DNA of 63,974 nucleotides, counting the filler, from Basidiobolus ranarum (taxonomy: Eukaryota): assembly GCA_040143965.1 (NCBI GenBank). It is 54 parts of 54 records of this genome, joined end to end, with 100 filler letters (N's around TTAATTAATTAA, not from the genome) between each part and the next. Parts side by side here need not be neighbours in the genome. Positions count along the whole stretch, not along the records: positions 24,997 to 26,084 come from JASJQH010006495.1; positions 26,185 to 27,272 come from JASJQH010006496.1; positions 27,373 to 28,459 come from JASJQH010006497.1; positions 28,560 to 29,646 come from JASJQH010006498.1; positions 29,747 to 30,832 come from JASJQH010006499.1; positions 30,933 to 32,018 come from JASJQH010006500.1; positions 32,119 to 33,204 come from JASJQH010006501.1; positions 33,305 to 34,390 come from JASJQH010006502.1; 46 more parts are not named here. One strand, given 5' to 3'. A program made the position numbers and the translations under genes. A model generated the notes under the pieces. It saw nothing but the letters and a program-made list of their open reading frames with translations. It made no database searches and had not been told where the DNA came from. Position 1 is the stretch's first letter. Each line of letters starts with the position of its first letter. Below are positions 24,997 to 36,862 of the stretch, one piece after another.

Positions 24997-25362
24997 ATGG
25001 GCTGTTTGGAGGAACTTTAGAAAAGTGGAGTTGTGAATAGCTTTGTGAGATAATTGTTTATTGTCCAGAAATAAAGCATTTATACTTTTTGGTGGAAATA
25101 CAGAAAACTAACACTGGGATTGTGTTCAGAACATCTGAGTGAGTAAAATGAGCTATCTTTGGGGCAATTTGGACAAGTTTGAATTTTCCAATATGGAATT
25201 GCTAATTTTCACATTATTCGCATATATATATAATATATGTTCCAATTTTCAGCTAAGTGATATTTGACTAAGTAATGTTAACTAACTTATTTGTGATATA
25301 TGAAATAGTTAGGTGTATCAAGAAAGAGATAATAAATATGATAAAGACATTAAACTTCAACA
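24997..25362 (-). repeat. Copia LTR family F inserted in a copia RT
   Basis: Reverse complement of 55002..55370. Confidence 0.8.
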
Positions 25363-26084
25363 ATTATCACTTTGGTGGCTTTGACAGTCTTGAAGTATAT
25401 GCAGTGATCAGCTTTGCTACAATGGAAAAGATGTTTCATGAAGATCTGATTGATTTTGGTATTCCATGTGCAAGGAGCCTGTTTCACACCATATAGACTT
25501 CTGTGTAGTTTGCATACTTGATGTTCTTTTCCTTTTGCAATATATCCCTCAGGTTTATCCATATATATATCTTCATCGATTCCTCCATTAAGAAATGCTG
25601 TCTTGACATCCATTTGTTCAATCAGCATTCCTTAGTGGGTAGCAATGGCTAGGATTACTCTGATTGAGATAAACTTAGCAATAGGAGAAAATGTTTCATC
25701 ATAGTCAATGCCATGTTTCTGAGCATAACCTTTAACTACTAATCTTGCATTGTACCAATTGATGAATCAATCTGAGTTAAGTTTCAGTTTCAGCACCCAT
25801 ATATTACCAATAGTTTTACTTCCTGTAGGTAAGTCCACAAGGATCCATGTGCTTTTCTTGATTAGGGAGTGGATTTGAGCATCAGTGGCTTTTCTCTATT
25901 CTGTCACTTCATCAGATTTCAGAGCTTGTGTCATATTTTCTGGTTCAGAAGATGCTATATGTGCAGATGTATTCCACCCTTTTTCTGAATTAAAACTGTT
26001 GATTTCATGCTCTGATTTGCAATATCTAAAGTCCTCAGTAGAATACTTTGATGTTTCACTTAGAGGATGTTTCTGATTTCCACC
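25363..26084 (-). mobile_element. Ty1/copia reverse transcriptase remnant
   Basis: [54 protein letters not shown]. Confidence 0.93.
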
Positions 26085-28559
26085 NNNNNNNNNNNNNNNN
26101 NNNNNNNNNNNNNNNNNNNNNNNNNNNNTTAATTAATTAANNNNNNNNNNNNNNNNNNNNNNNNNNNNNNNNNNNNNNNNNNNNAGAATTAGAGAGATTG
26201 GTGGTTTTCACTTATTGATTTATTGAGTATTCAGTTGACATTCATAGTTTTGTCAAGATGTAAACAAACTAACGTGTAGAATGTGTTGAGGAAGGTCCCA
26301 GGAACATGTGTGCAAAGTTTGGGGCTTCTTTGAAGAATCTATATATCTGAGAACTTCTAAGTAAATTCTGATTTAGAATAGTGGATAATATCTTAGTGAA
26401 ATATAAGATAACTAAATACTAAGCTATATATGACTATATAGGTGTTTAGGCAAAGCTAATTTCAACAGCTTATGCTATCCTCAAAACTGAGATGTATCCT
26501 GATCGGCTCTACCATTACCGCATGCCTGAATTTCTCTAAAACTTTGCACCCTATGCATTCGATTCATCAAAGTTTATCACTATTCTCAAGTTTCTTACAA
26601 ATATAACTGATGGAGTGTACTAATTAGTGAAAGCAATACTTGAATTTGGGCCACTTTATTTGCAGTACACCAGTCCGTGAGTACACTACTATTCAAGCAA
26701 GTGTGCTGAAAAACATTGCTCAAGAAGTGTTGCAGTGCTCCCGAACAAGATTTCAACTCATAAGTACACCTAACCAGGCATGATAGGACTACTTGATGCC
26801 TTTAGAAGGGCACAAAATGTTCATCAGTTTAATCCTATCACAAACGGTGTATTTATTTGACCTCAGAAGTAGATCAGTTTAATATGGTGGTATAGGAACA
26901 GATTGTTTCGTTGATTAGTCGATATTTTTCAGCATGCCATCATTTAGCAAGCTCTTGATGGTTTCATTAATAACATTCAATTTTAAATATTTAAAAGATC
27001 AAAAACATCTCCCAAATTGCTTACTTGGTTCTTTCCGGATGAAAAGTTGACTACAGAGATCAACTTTACTGATCATGTTTCATGCTCAAAAGTAGCGTTA
27101 CTTGGCTATCCTCCGATGTATGCTTCGCTGGAGCTGAGCAAAGTGAATACTTGGGTAATGATACCACTCCATTCGAATATATCCTTGAATTCTAAAATTC
27201 TGACGCATCATGCGGCATAGCCAGACACAAAGTACTGAAACTCTTGTATTCGTCGCACTAAACAAGGCTAATNNNNNNNNNNNNNNNNNNNNNNNNNNNN
27301 NNNNNNNNNNNNNNNNTTAATTAATTAANNNNNNNNNNNNNNNNNNNNNNNNNNNNNNNNNNNNNNNNNNNNAGATTATTGGAAAAGCAGAGGACATTCC
27401 AACTTTTTGGAACCGTATCCCACACTAATTAATGGATCCAAAGTGGCACCAACGGATACCATGGTAATTAAACAGCCACTTTGTGTTGGGTAGAATTGAG
27501 TGGAGAGAGACTGAAAGAAAGCGGGGAAGTGCGATTATCTCCAGTCGATTACATCTTTTCATCTACACTCATTTACGAAATACAATTGGCCGCTGACACA
27601 GGCCTTATGCATACGCTGCTTTTGTTGCCACTTTGGATTCTACCGTGATGGGTAATCCTTAGGAATAGCGGCTAGTAAAAATAGTTGATACGAATTAGTT
27701 GGCCCATCCGAGCTACTCTAGTGAGCGCTGCGCTTCCCCACCCCCAATCACTCTAACCATTCCATAGCTTTTCGACAGTTATTAGGATCATTTAACCCTG
27801 ATGATCTTTGGCATGTTTCACTTGGTTTCATCATCTGATCGCCCATTTGTTCATTGCATGCATACGAATGCCTCAACCAATCACTTCGATAGGAGGTACT
27901 TGTGACGTATAGCCTATTGGACCGAGTGTATTGGGTACCAGAGTCGAATGATGCGTGACTCTTGATGAGAAAGCAAGTCCAGCAAGCGCTTGGATCGAGA
28001 CAGAATGCTATGTAGCCAACTCTTTCCAGAAATCTCGGACTGTTTGGCAATGCCCTAGTTAGGTAGAAATCAGCACCCTTAAATGGAATACTCCGACACA
28101 CCTACTCTTCACATTATTGGGTTTCATGGACATCAATTTCGGACAAGGACTGATTTGAACAGAGCACATATTATTGTGTGAGTAAGCGTACCGGAGAAAG
28201 CCACAACTCCATCAATTAAGCAACGAATCTCTCAAGATCATGCATCTTTCAAGATCGTTGTATCCAATGTTGGTCAAGGTTTAAGAGCAATGGGTGAGCG
28301 TCGAGTTTCCTATTCAATAACAACATTGAATCACGCTCCATTAGAATTGCCTCTTTCCCACCGAACATCTCTCCACTGGGATGTTTACAGTAGGATACCA
28401 ATAATCCACCATTGCGGCTAAATATCTTAATGCAGGTAGGAGCACCTCATTGGCAACACNNNNNNNNNNNNNNNNNNNNNNNNNNNNNNNNNNNNNNNNN
28501 NNNTTAATTAATTAANNNNNNNNNNNNNNNNNNNNNNNNNNNNNNNNNNNNNNNNNNNN

Positions 28560-29290
28560 TTAGACTGCCTTCATGTCCAAATGGTTGTTTGGCTTTCACT
28601 GGTGACCTGAAAAACCTGAAGTCATGTACTGTTTGCACACAATTGGCAATCACTGAATCAGGTAAATATTGTTCATATTTGGTTTACATACCCTTGATTC
28701 CCCATCTTAAAGTTTTGATGAAATCACCCAAAGTTAGATCTTTGACCAAATACCAAAGTACTCATCATAAAGCTGATGGTATTACAAATATACTTGATGG
28801 ATATCACTACCAGAATCTGGAAAGTCTAAGGTTTCTTTGAGAACCTGTATGATCATGCATTTGCATTGGCTCTGGATTGTTTCTCAATAAACAAATATAC
28901 TGTTGGAAAGGCTTGCCAGCCAAAAATTTTAATCAACTTTATTCTTCCTCCTTGTAAGTGGTATAAGAGTCATAATGTTTTGATACTATCCATCATATCT
29001 GGACCTTAATCACCAGTGCTTATAGATAGCTTCTTGGAGCCTTAGATTGCAGAATTTGAATGGTTATCTAATGGGGTTCAAATGGGTGAATATTTTATTA
29101 AAGCTAATATCATTGTATGTATTGGTGCCACTCCTGCTATCAGTAAACTTGGAGGTTCCTGTGGGCACAATGCACTATCTTGCTGTAGATTTTGTCAAAT
29201 TGATGGAGTTTACTCTAACAGGCATACGCATTACTACTATCCAAATACAACACTAAACTTCATGATTTTATTGTCAAGAGCCTGGTCAGA
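28560..29290 (+). mobile_element. CACTA/EnSpm Tnp2-type transposase remnant (catalytic core)
   Basis: YIPLIPHLK, DGYHYQNL, IISGP, DSFLEP and IGATPAISKLGGSCGHNALSCCRFC. Contains stops and frameshifts. Confidence 0.88.
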
Positions 29291-29747
29291 TTTCAATAGC
29301 CTTGTTCCATTGGACCAGGTCAGATTGTGCTGCTTGGTCCAGCCTGCTAGCATACCATCTGGCAAAATCTGTCAATTTCCATGGCTAGGTCCTATAACAC
29401 TCAATCAGTCACTATAAGGAGCAATATGGCACTATCCCACCACAATTGGACACAATGGTTTTATTGGAGATATTGTGCCAGCTCATACCAAGTTGACCAA
29501 TTAAGTATTGCCAAATTAAGAATTTGGGCAACTCACAAAGCAAGTTCATCCCCTAGTTTGTAACTCACAAATTACTGAATCTTTAATATTAGTAGCTATA
29601 GCATTCCCATCTTTCAAATTACTTTATCTAATGGATGAGGTAATAGNNNNNNNNNNNNNNNNNNNNNNNNNNNNNNNNNNNNNNNNNNNNTTAATTAATT
29701 AANNNNNNNNNNNNNNNNNNNNNNNNNNNNNNNNNNNNNNNNNNNNT

Positions 29748-29930
29748 ATGCCATCCCAGAAGGAGCATGAAGTAGCCGAGTTGCAAGGACAAAACTATGG
29801 TGAGATTGTGTTGCGTCACACTCAGCCCCAAATAGTAGAGAAGATTGTCGAGAAAATTGTGGAAAAAGAGGTTCCAGCTAAGGTTGAGCTTGTCAAGAAG
29901 AAGTCCTTCCTCAAAAAAATATTCGCCTGA
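29748..29930 (+). CDS. C-terminus of a flavodoxin-like NAD(P)H:quinone oxidoreductase (Pst2/WrbA family) with an extension
   Basis: PSQKEHEVAELQGQNYGEIV fits the PSxxExxxAxxQGxxFxxxV final helix of WrbA/Pst2. It is followed by VEKIVEKIVEKEV and KKKSFLKKIFA*. Confidence 0.65.
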   Translation: MPSQKEHEVAELQGQNYGEIVLRHTQPQIVEKIVEKIVEKEVPAKVELVKKKSFLKKIFA

Positions 29931-30615
29931 ACATTATATTAGCCATATTAGTAGAGAATACATTCTATGTACCATAATATCACCATATCCACTTCGAACG
30001 TATTTAGTTCCTGATTTTAATATTTATAACTGAAAAATGATGTATTTGTTTTGTAATATATCAATAAACAAAAAAATACGTATAATACATATTGAGTCAA
30101 AGACTCCATTTGCCAATGAGCTTAATTAAAGTATACTTTCTTTAAAACAGGTAGGCTCAAGATAGGTACATTTTCTTGTTAAATATTACATCTGTATGTA
30201 TAAGTATTTCTAAATAAATACTTTACAGCTCTCACTTCCCCTCAAATAAGGCTATGTGTAAAGTGCTCTATAACCGTTTGAGAAATTATTTGCTGTAGAC
30301 GCGAAATCATATAAAAAAAAGAGTAATTTAGTGCAACATATGATATGTGTTGTGGTAGTAATGTGTAAACCGCCTGAAATTTATCAGTGTCTGGCATGAG
30401 TGAAACCTAGTACCCGGAATAACACTACATATGTAGAATATTTATCCCATCAATTTTCCGTTGCAAATTGTAATGAAGATAATCTTCGGTTAATTAGAAA
30501 TACACTTTAGTAGATCCCCAATAACTATTTTTAAATAAATACCACCTGTTGACTAAACTTTTTTACCAACAAACTCACATTCTCCACATTTACAGATAAC
30601 ATATCAGAATTTACA

Positions 30616-30832
30616 ATGGCTGCCCAATCCAAGACGAAGATTTTCATCATCCTCTACACTGTCTATGGTCATATCTACGAGTTGGCTAAATCAGTCAAGA
30701 AGGGGATCGAGAAGAGTGGCAATATCGAGGTCACTATCTACCAGGTTCCTGAGACCCTATCAAATGAAATCCTTGCTAAGCTGCACGCCCCCCCCAAGCC
30801 AGATATCCCAGGCATCACACCAGATATGCTGA
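30616..30832 (+). CDS. NAD(P)H:quinone oxidoreductase type IV (Pst2/Ycp4/WrbA family), N-terminus
   Basis: KIFIILYTVYGHIYELAKSVKKGIE...IYQVPETLSNEILAKLHAPPKPDIP. Confidence 0.92.
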
Positions 30833-30932
30833 NNNNNNNNNNNNNNNNNNNNNNNNNNNNNNNNNNNNNNNNNNNNTTAATTAATTAANNNNNNNNNNNN
30901 NNNNNNNNNNNNNNNNNNNNNNNNNNNNNNNN

Positions 30933-31175
30933 GGTAATTGTGTAAAATTTGAGTTATGTTTTTTGCACATGTGTTGATCCATGGTTCTCTGAGATTTGAG
31001 CCAATCATTTGCAACTATTTTGCGAGATCTTGAAATTTCACTCCTGAAACTGAAAAAATTGATTAAAATCAAATCTAACTTGACAATTTTATGATAGTAA
31101 ATAAACAGTCAATCCCAAATGGATTAAAATTGTGACAGTTTTCCTACAATAACAATCCTCAAATCTCTGTTAGGG
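30933..31175 (-). mobile_element. CACTA terminus B
   Basis: Ends in CTGTTAGGG and matches 46339..46513 and 4571..4667. Confidence 0.7.
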
Positions 31176-32018
31176 AGAATGATTGTATCTGGAGAAAATC
31201 AATTGTTGTCATCATCTGAGGTCATTTTGTGTTACATTGTTTCATTTTCATTAAACAAAACATCCCCAGACTTGGTTAACTATGAAATTTTGGTATTATA
31301 GAGCTTGTTGTCCTTAGTTTGGATACAATAACCCAGAAATATGTAACTCTTACTTTTTGGATCAAATTTAGACCAATTTTTGATGATAACTCTCAGGAAA
31401 GCCTTTCTTATTGGGATTCCATCATAATCCATAATCTAATGCTTTTCATCTGTGAAATGTTGGGAGGCTTCAGAATCAATATAGCACATCTGAGAATCCT
31501 TGTTGGTAGTCATAGATAGAGCAGATATGAACAAGTGATCTTGTGTTGTAACCACATTTCCAGATTCAGTATGTTTTTCTTCTTTTGCGATTGTTTCAAA
31601 GCAATCTCTGCTTAAATGGCCAGTTCTCTTACAGTAATAGCAGAATTTGTTCCTTTTCTTCATCAAGTGCTCATGACTTATATAGGAAGGTTTCCCATAG
31701 CCTATTCAAGCATTTTCTTCATTCTTTTGGTTGGATCCCAATTTGTGTAAATCTTCATCCAGAATAGTGATTCAATGTCTTCTCCCAGCTTTATCTTTAA
31801 GTTAAAAAATTGTTTTCTTAGACACATCTTGTTGGCAGCAGAATCTATTTGGTAGGTGTCATCCAAGGCTTTCCATACCTTCTTGGCAGTTTTAGCCCTT
31901 GAACATTGTATTAGCAATTTGTCTTTGCCATTAAGACAAATTGTGCTAGAGGCTCTTTGTTGTTTTTTAACCTGGAATAACACTTCAGTTTCAGATAGTT
32001 TAGCATAGTATCCAAGCT
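31176..32018 (-). mobile_element. Internally deleted Ty1/copia gag-pol remnant
   Basis: KTAKKVWKALDDTY, CYYCKRTGHLSRDC and CYIDSEASQHF, then a jump to post-integrase sequence (GDVLFNE). Confidence 0.85.
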
Positions 32019-32118
32019 NNNNNNNNNNNNNNNNNNNNNNNNNNNNNNNNNNNNNNNNNNNNTTAATTAATTAANNNNNNNNNNNNNNNNNNNNNNNNNN
32101 NNNNNNNNNNNNNNNNNN

Positions 32119-33204
32119 CATATATCCAAGCAAGCATTCATAGTGAATACCAGGGCATCTGTAAAATCATTAGGCATGTACTGCTTTGCATCACCTACAC
32201 CTTCATTTAACTGCACGTGAAAGATTTTGGAAGTGGTGGATTCCTGTTCCAAAGTAGGTTGTGAATCAGGAAGAATCTGTTTTGACATGATTTGTAACTA
32301 TGTTGTATATCTATGATGTTAGACTTTATTGGTTTCAATCAGAATTGGGGATCTTGCTATAGTATTGATCAAAATGTCAAAGTTAATTTCCTATAGAGTG
32401 ATCAAGCATAATGCATGCTGCATTGAGCTGTTTCAATATATATGCAAAACAAATTGATTCAGATCAAACTAAGATTAACTTTGCTGATGCAGTATATTAT
32501 ATAACTTCCATGCAATTACGCATAATTGAAATAATTAGGATAATAAATACAAACTGATGTCTTATTACACAGAGTGTAGGGAATTTGACCACAATAATTG
32601 AAATTCTTACATATATATGGCACACAAGCTGAATCAATCAGTATTGTGCTGGCTCTATACAAGACTAGTATCATGCTCTCCATCTACTTAAAATAATCAC
32701 TCTTCAAAAGCAACTACTGGCTTGCCTATCACAACCCTGGAAGCAATATTTCAGAAATACTGTGGCTCATATACTCCAATACCTACCAGAGAACAGCTAG
32801 TCAATTTGTTTTGTTACCACAAAAACTATTGTCCAATCAGATTTCAGTGCACCATTAAAAATAGTAAAAGTGGGAGAAGCTTCCATGCCAGGCTACACCT
32901 AAGTGAGAATTATCCTGCTTCAGTAATGATTGATGTTCCAGATGCCTGGGACAAAAGATTCAGAAACTCTAATTTCCTTCCACTTCCTGGAGTATTTCCC
33001 AATAAAATTCTTATCAGAAGTATTCTTGACACATTTCCTGTGAGAATTAACAGGCCCAAAAGCAACCAAGAGCTATTCTATTCTGGCAAAAACAAATCTC
33101 ACTGTGTAAAGTTCCAGGCTTTGACAGATTTGGAAGGAAACATCATTTGGTTTAGTGGGCCACATGCAGGGAGACACAATAACAAAGGGCTTTGAGTTGA
33201 GAGG
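32119..33204 (+). mobile_element. Second copy of the Harbinger-like element (divergent ORF plus DDE transposase 32722..33195)
   Basis: SILDTFPVRINRPKSNQELFYSGKNKSHCVKFQALTDLEGNIIWFSGPHAGRHNN. Confidence 0.87.
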
Positions 33205-33514
33205 NNNNNNNNNNNNNNNNNNNNNNNNNNNNNNNNNNNNNNNNNNNNTTAATTAATTAANNNNNNNNNNNNNNNNNNNNNNNNNNNNNNNNNNNNNNNN
33301 NNNNCAGACAACTTTGAGGACTTGCTGCTAGATGTTGACCTTGGTTATTCCAGTACTAATGGTAGTATATCAGAAGTTGAAGAAGAAGACAACGGTTTTG
33401 TTATGGGCTCTTTGTTATTGGCAAACAGTAGTCCACTCATAATACTTACTGTAAAGCAAGCAGCTTTGATTATTGAGGAGCGGAGAGTTCAATCCAATCT
33501 TAGCAACCAGGTGT

Positions 33515-34215
33515 TTAGTCCTTCAGAAACAAAATACCAATACAATTATTGTTATTGGCACAGATGGCTCTTGTAACAGTGCACATAAACTAAGTCAATT
33601 AAGTATTCAAACCATTGGTGTCCCTGGAACAATTGATAACAATATCACGTTCACTGATGTTACAATTGGATTTGATACAGCAGTAAGCATTGTGTTAGAT
33701 GTGATTAATAAATTGCAAGATACAATGTGTTCACACAAATGCTCTTCTGTTGTTGAAGTCATGGGTAGACACTGTGGAGACATTGCTTTGTATGCAGGAT
33801 TAGCAAGTGGTGTGGAAGCCATTCTTGTGCCCAAGGTGCCATATGGTTTATATGCGATTTGTAAATGTATGGAGCATAATATTGCCATAGGCAAACTTCA
33901 TAGCATTTTGGTTGTTGCAGAGGGTGTAGGCAACAGTCATGATATTGCCAAAGAAATTGCGGTACACTATAATATTGATCCACATGTTACAATCTTATGA
34001 CATATCCAGCGTGGTGGTGTACCAACACACAATGATTGTATTTTAGCAAGTTGCCTTGGAGATGATGCAATCTGAAAATTGCTTGAAGGAGAATCAGGCA
34101 TGGCTTGTGGTGTAATCAAAGGGGAACTGGTGACAACAGATATTGAGAAAGTCATCAATACAAAGAGAGAATTTAACATGGACTTATACAATTGGACTTA
34201 CATTTATCACAGTAA
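33515..34215 (+). pseudogene. pfkA: Bacterial-type ATP-dependent 6-phosphofructokinase pseudogene (5'-truncated)
   Basis: VIGTDGS, GVPGTIDNNI, TIGFDTAV, VVEVMGRHCGDIAL, ILVVAEG, VTIL*HIQRGG and a C-terminal LSQ*. Stops at 33998 and 34073 and a 1-nt deletion near the end. Confidence 0.92.
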
Positions 34216-34219
34216 CATC

Positions 34220-34255
34220 AAAAGCTGCCTGAGGAACTTGGGAAGCCTTTTTTTT
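34220..34255 (+). terminator. Decayed bacterial Rho-independent terminator after pfkA
   Basis: AAAAGCTGCCTGAG-GAA-CTTGGGAAGCC-T8, an imperfect hairpin plus T-tract 4 nt after the stop codon. Confidence 0.7.
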
Positions 34256-34599
34256 GTATAGACTGTTTTTACCTGGCATATTGGTTTTCTTACAATTCTA
34301 ACACAGTTGACTGGCAACTGCTGCATGCCCCAGACCTGGTACAAGTGGAAAACACTTGACAAACATATCACTTATAATCCTTCAGTATTTNNNNNNNNNN
34401 NNNNNNNNNNNNNNNNNNNNNNNNNNNNNNNNNNTTAATTAATTAANNNNNNNNNNNNNNNNNNNNNNNNNNNNNNNNNNNNNNNNNNNNCTTTTTGTAT
34501 CAGTTCAAAGCATGGATATGATGACCTGCCCAGCAAGCTCTTTAAGTGAGTCGTCACATATTTTTTCTAATAATCGATATTTCTCAAGTGCTACTACAT

Positions 34600-35473
34600 C
34601 TCTTGTCATGGCCTGTAAAGCAACTTTGTAGTTTTTACTTATGATTGCATACAGATCTTTACAGTGTTCTTCCTGCAATTCCCTTGTTGTGATAATACTA
34701 TCCAAATTTTCTATGGAGGATTGTTCAATAGAGGGCAAAGTAGCCATTTTGGAAGTTGATGGTCTTGATGGTGTTTCAGTTGAACTTTGCTCAGCTATTG
34801 ATTTACTATGTATTTGGGGGATTACAATCTCTTCACTTGCGCTACTGCTGGAAAGGAACATGTCTGGTAAACTGATTAATGCTTCATCATTACTTGAGTT
34901 AGTCTCCAGCATGTTAATGCCTTCCAAAGTTGATAGTGAATTGCTAGACTGCACATCAATAAAGTCCTCAGTTCTTGCTAGTTTTTTTCCTTTTGTGCCA
35001 GCAGGCTTTGGCTTGGAAGCCAATTTTGACTTAGATTTTGAATGCTTTTTGAATAGCATTGAAATTTTCAGATGGTAAGCTTGGTGTAATGAAATTGCTC
35101 AGAAACAGCTTATAATAAACCAAAATTGCCATTCATTACCAGAAATATCTTGTACATCCCCTGATGACTCATCTGTGACACCATCTCAGAATCAGCTGAT
35201 GATATTGATGAGCTATACCTAAAATACCACCCTTACATAGGAGATGTTCTTTTTTCCACAATATCCTTCTCATGCCACATCACACATGTTTGATGCAGCC
35301 CTGCTATTATTGTCACAAATTCTTATGCTATGAAAGCCAGAGTCTTCATAGAAACAATAATCACAAGTATGGGCACTGTACAAAGCCACCAGCTGAACAA
35401 AGCCTGGTGCAAAACAACAGTAATACGTGCACTAAATCAACTTTAGTTTTGCCTATTGAGTCCACTGACTGTA
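34600..35473 (-). mobile_element. Family A repeat copy (ORF start MLFKKHSKSKS at 35059)
   Basis: Homologous to the other family A copies. Confidence 0.75.
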
Positions 35474-35676
35474 GTTTGCCTCAAAGCTTTGGTAACACAG
35501 ACAAAAGTCAAGATACCATGGAGTTACCACAGGTTTATGAACATAATGATGTATGTAAAAATGCAACTTTGGTCAANNNNNNNNNNNNNNNNNNNNNNNN
35601 NNNNNNNNNNNNNNNNNNNNTTAATTAATTAANNNNNNNNNNNNNNNNNNNNNNNNNNNNNNNNNNNNNNNNNNNN

Positions 35677-35787
35677 GTGAAAGCATGGAAGCCTCTCATG
35701 AATGGATTTCACTAAGAGGAGCTCAAACACCTTCCTGCAATTAGGTAGCAAAGAAATAGGCCTGTAGGACTTGGGATCACTATGTTT
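35677..35787 (-). mobile_element. Non-LTR (LINE) reverse transcriptase fragment
   Basis: KHSDPKSYRPISLLPNCRKVFELLL matches the YRPISLL...K LINE RT motif. Confidence 0.85.
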
Positions 35788-35846
35788 CAGTTTGACTTCG
35801 GAGATCGGACGGGATCCGGTATTTTCTGGTATGTATGGCCAATGCT
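35788..35846 (-). rRNA. 5S rRNA 5' half (about nt 1-59), truncated
   Basis: AGCATTGGCCATACATACCAGAAAATACCGGATCCCGTCCGATCTCCGAAGTCAAACTG contains the eukaryotic 5S hallmarks GGCCATAC and GATCCCGTCCGATCT. Confidence 0.85.
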
Positions 35847-36862
35847 CAAGGGTTAGGGTATAGATGTTCTGGTAAGGGTAAGGGAGGGTAAGGATGAAAA
35901 GAGGGGGTCTGGGGGACGCAGTCCTCCCAGTATAAAAAGAAAGCAGGGGGTATGGGGGATGCAATCCCCCATGTACACCCTTCTCACAATATACTCAAGT
36001 CACTAGTATATGGGAAGAGTTGGGCTTGCCCAAATTTTCCAAAGGTCAGATCTCTGACCTTTGACATCCCTGAGGAAGAGACACTGTTTCCAACATTATA
36101 ACACAGCCTATTCTAGCTTTCATAATTTTCATGAATTTAGAAAAATTTCTCAGATATTGAATACTTTTTAATTTTTGTAAATTTGCAAGTCTCTGGGAAA
36201 TCAAAGTGCAGATGTTTTCCTTCAGACTCTGAAAGCTTTTAAGTATTATAATTTTACCATAAGTAAACTGGCTACTTTTTAGCTTAATAATTCATAAATT
36301 ACTTATTGAGAATATCCTTTATATACTATTGAGAGTAATGAGGAAACTTGATTAACATTATGAATCAGTAATATTTGTAAGAACTTTGTGATGTTTACAA
36401 GATTAAATAAAGAAGAAAGTGAATATTAGATATATCATAATTATATTACAAATCTAGAAATATTGAAAGTATTGATAAAAGCTTTCTACTCATGTTTTAC
36501 AAATATTGACATACTACTAGCACTAAGCTCCATAGATGTTTATTTATATACAAAACAACAAAATAGTCCTTAAAATAAACTTTTGGGCTATGTAACCTGC
36601 GCAGCACAAAGGTGCTACAAATTTAAAAAGTTGTATAAAATGCAATGTATTTGTAACTAAGGTATTTCATATAATATAAATAAAAGCAACGCGCACTACA
36701 GAACCCTCTATAATTTCAAAAACCTACTAACTTTTGAGCTGCGTAGTACAGGAAATATGCCTNNNNNNNNNNNNNNNNNNNNNNNNNNNNNNNNNNNNNN
36801 NNNNNNTTAATTAATTAANNNNNNNNNNNNNNNNNNNNNNNNNNNNNNNNNNNNNNNNNNNN

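Noticed and set aside
26468-27272. Possible coding remnant after LTR H
   Set aside because: Multiple stops in the frames examined and no identifiable family.
27373-28459. 117-aa minus-strand ORF in a CpG-normal contig
   Set aside because: No recognisable motif in any frame I translated. It may be an intron-containing gene remnant but cannot be called.
33607-34191. Minus-strand ORFs over pfkA, and similar antisense ORFs over families A and K
   Set aside because: These are antisense shadows of the real coding strand.
34356-34378. TTGACA...TATAAT perfect sigma70 hexamers downstream of pfkA
   Set aside because: The spacer is only 11 nt, whereas about 17 nt is needed. Probably chance.
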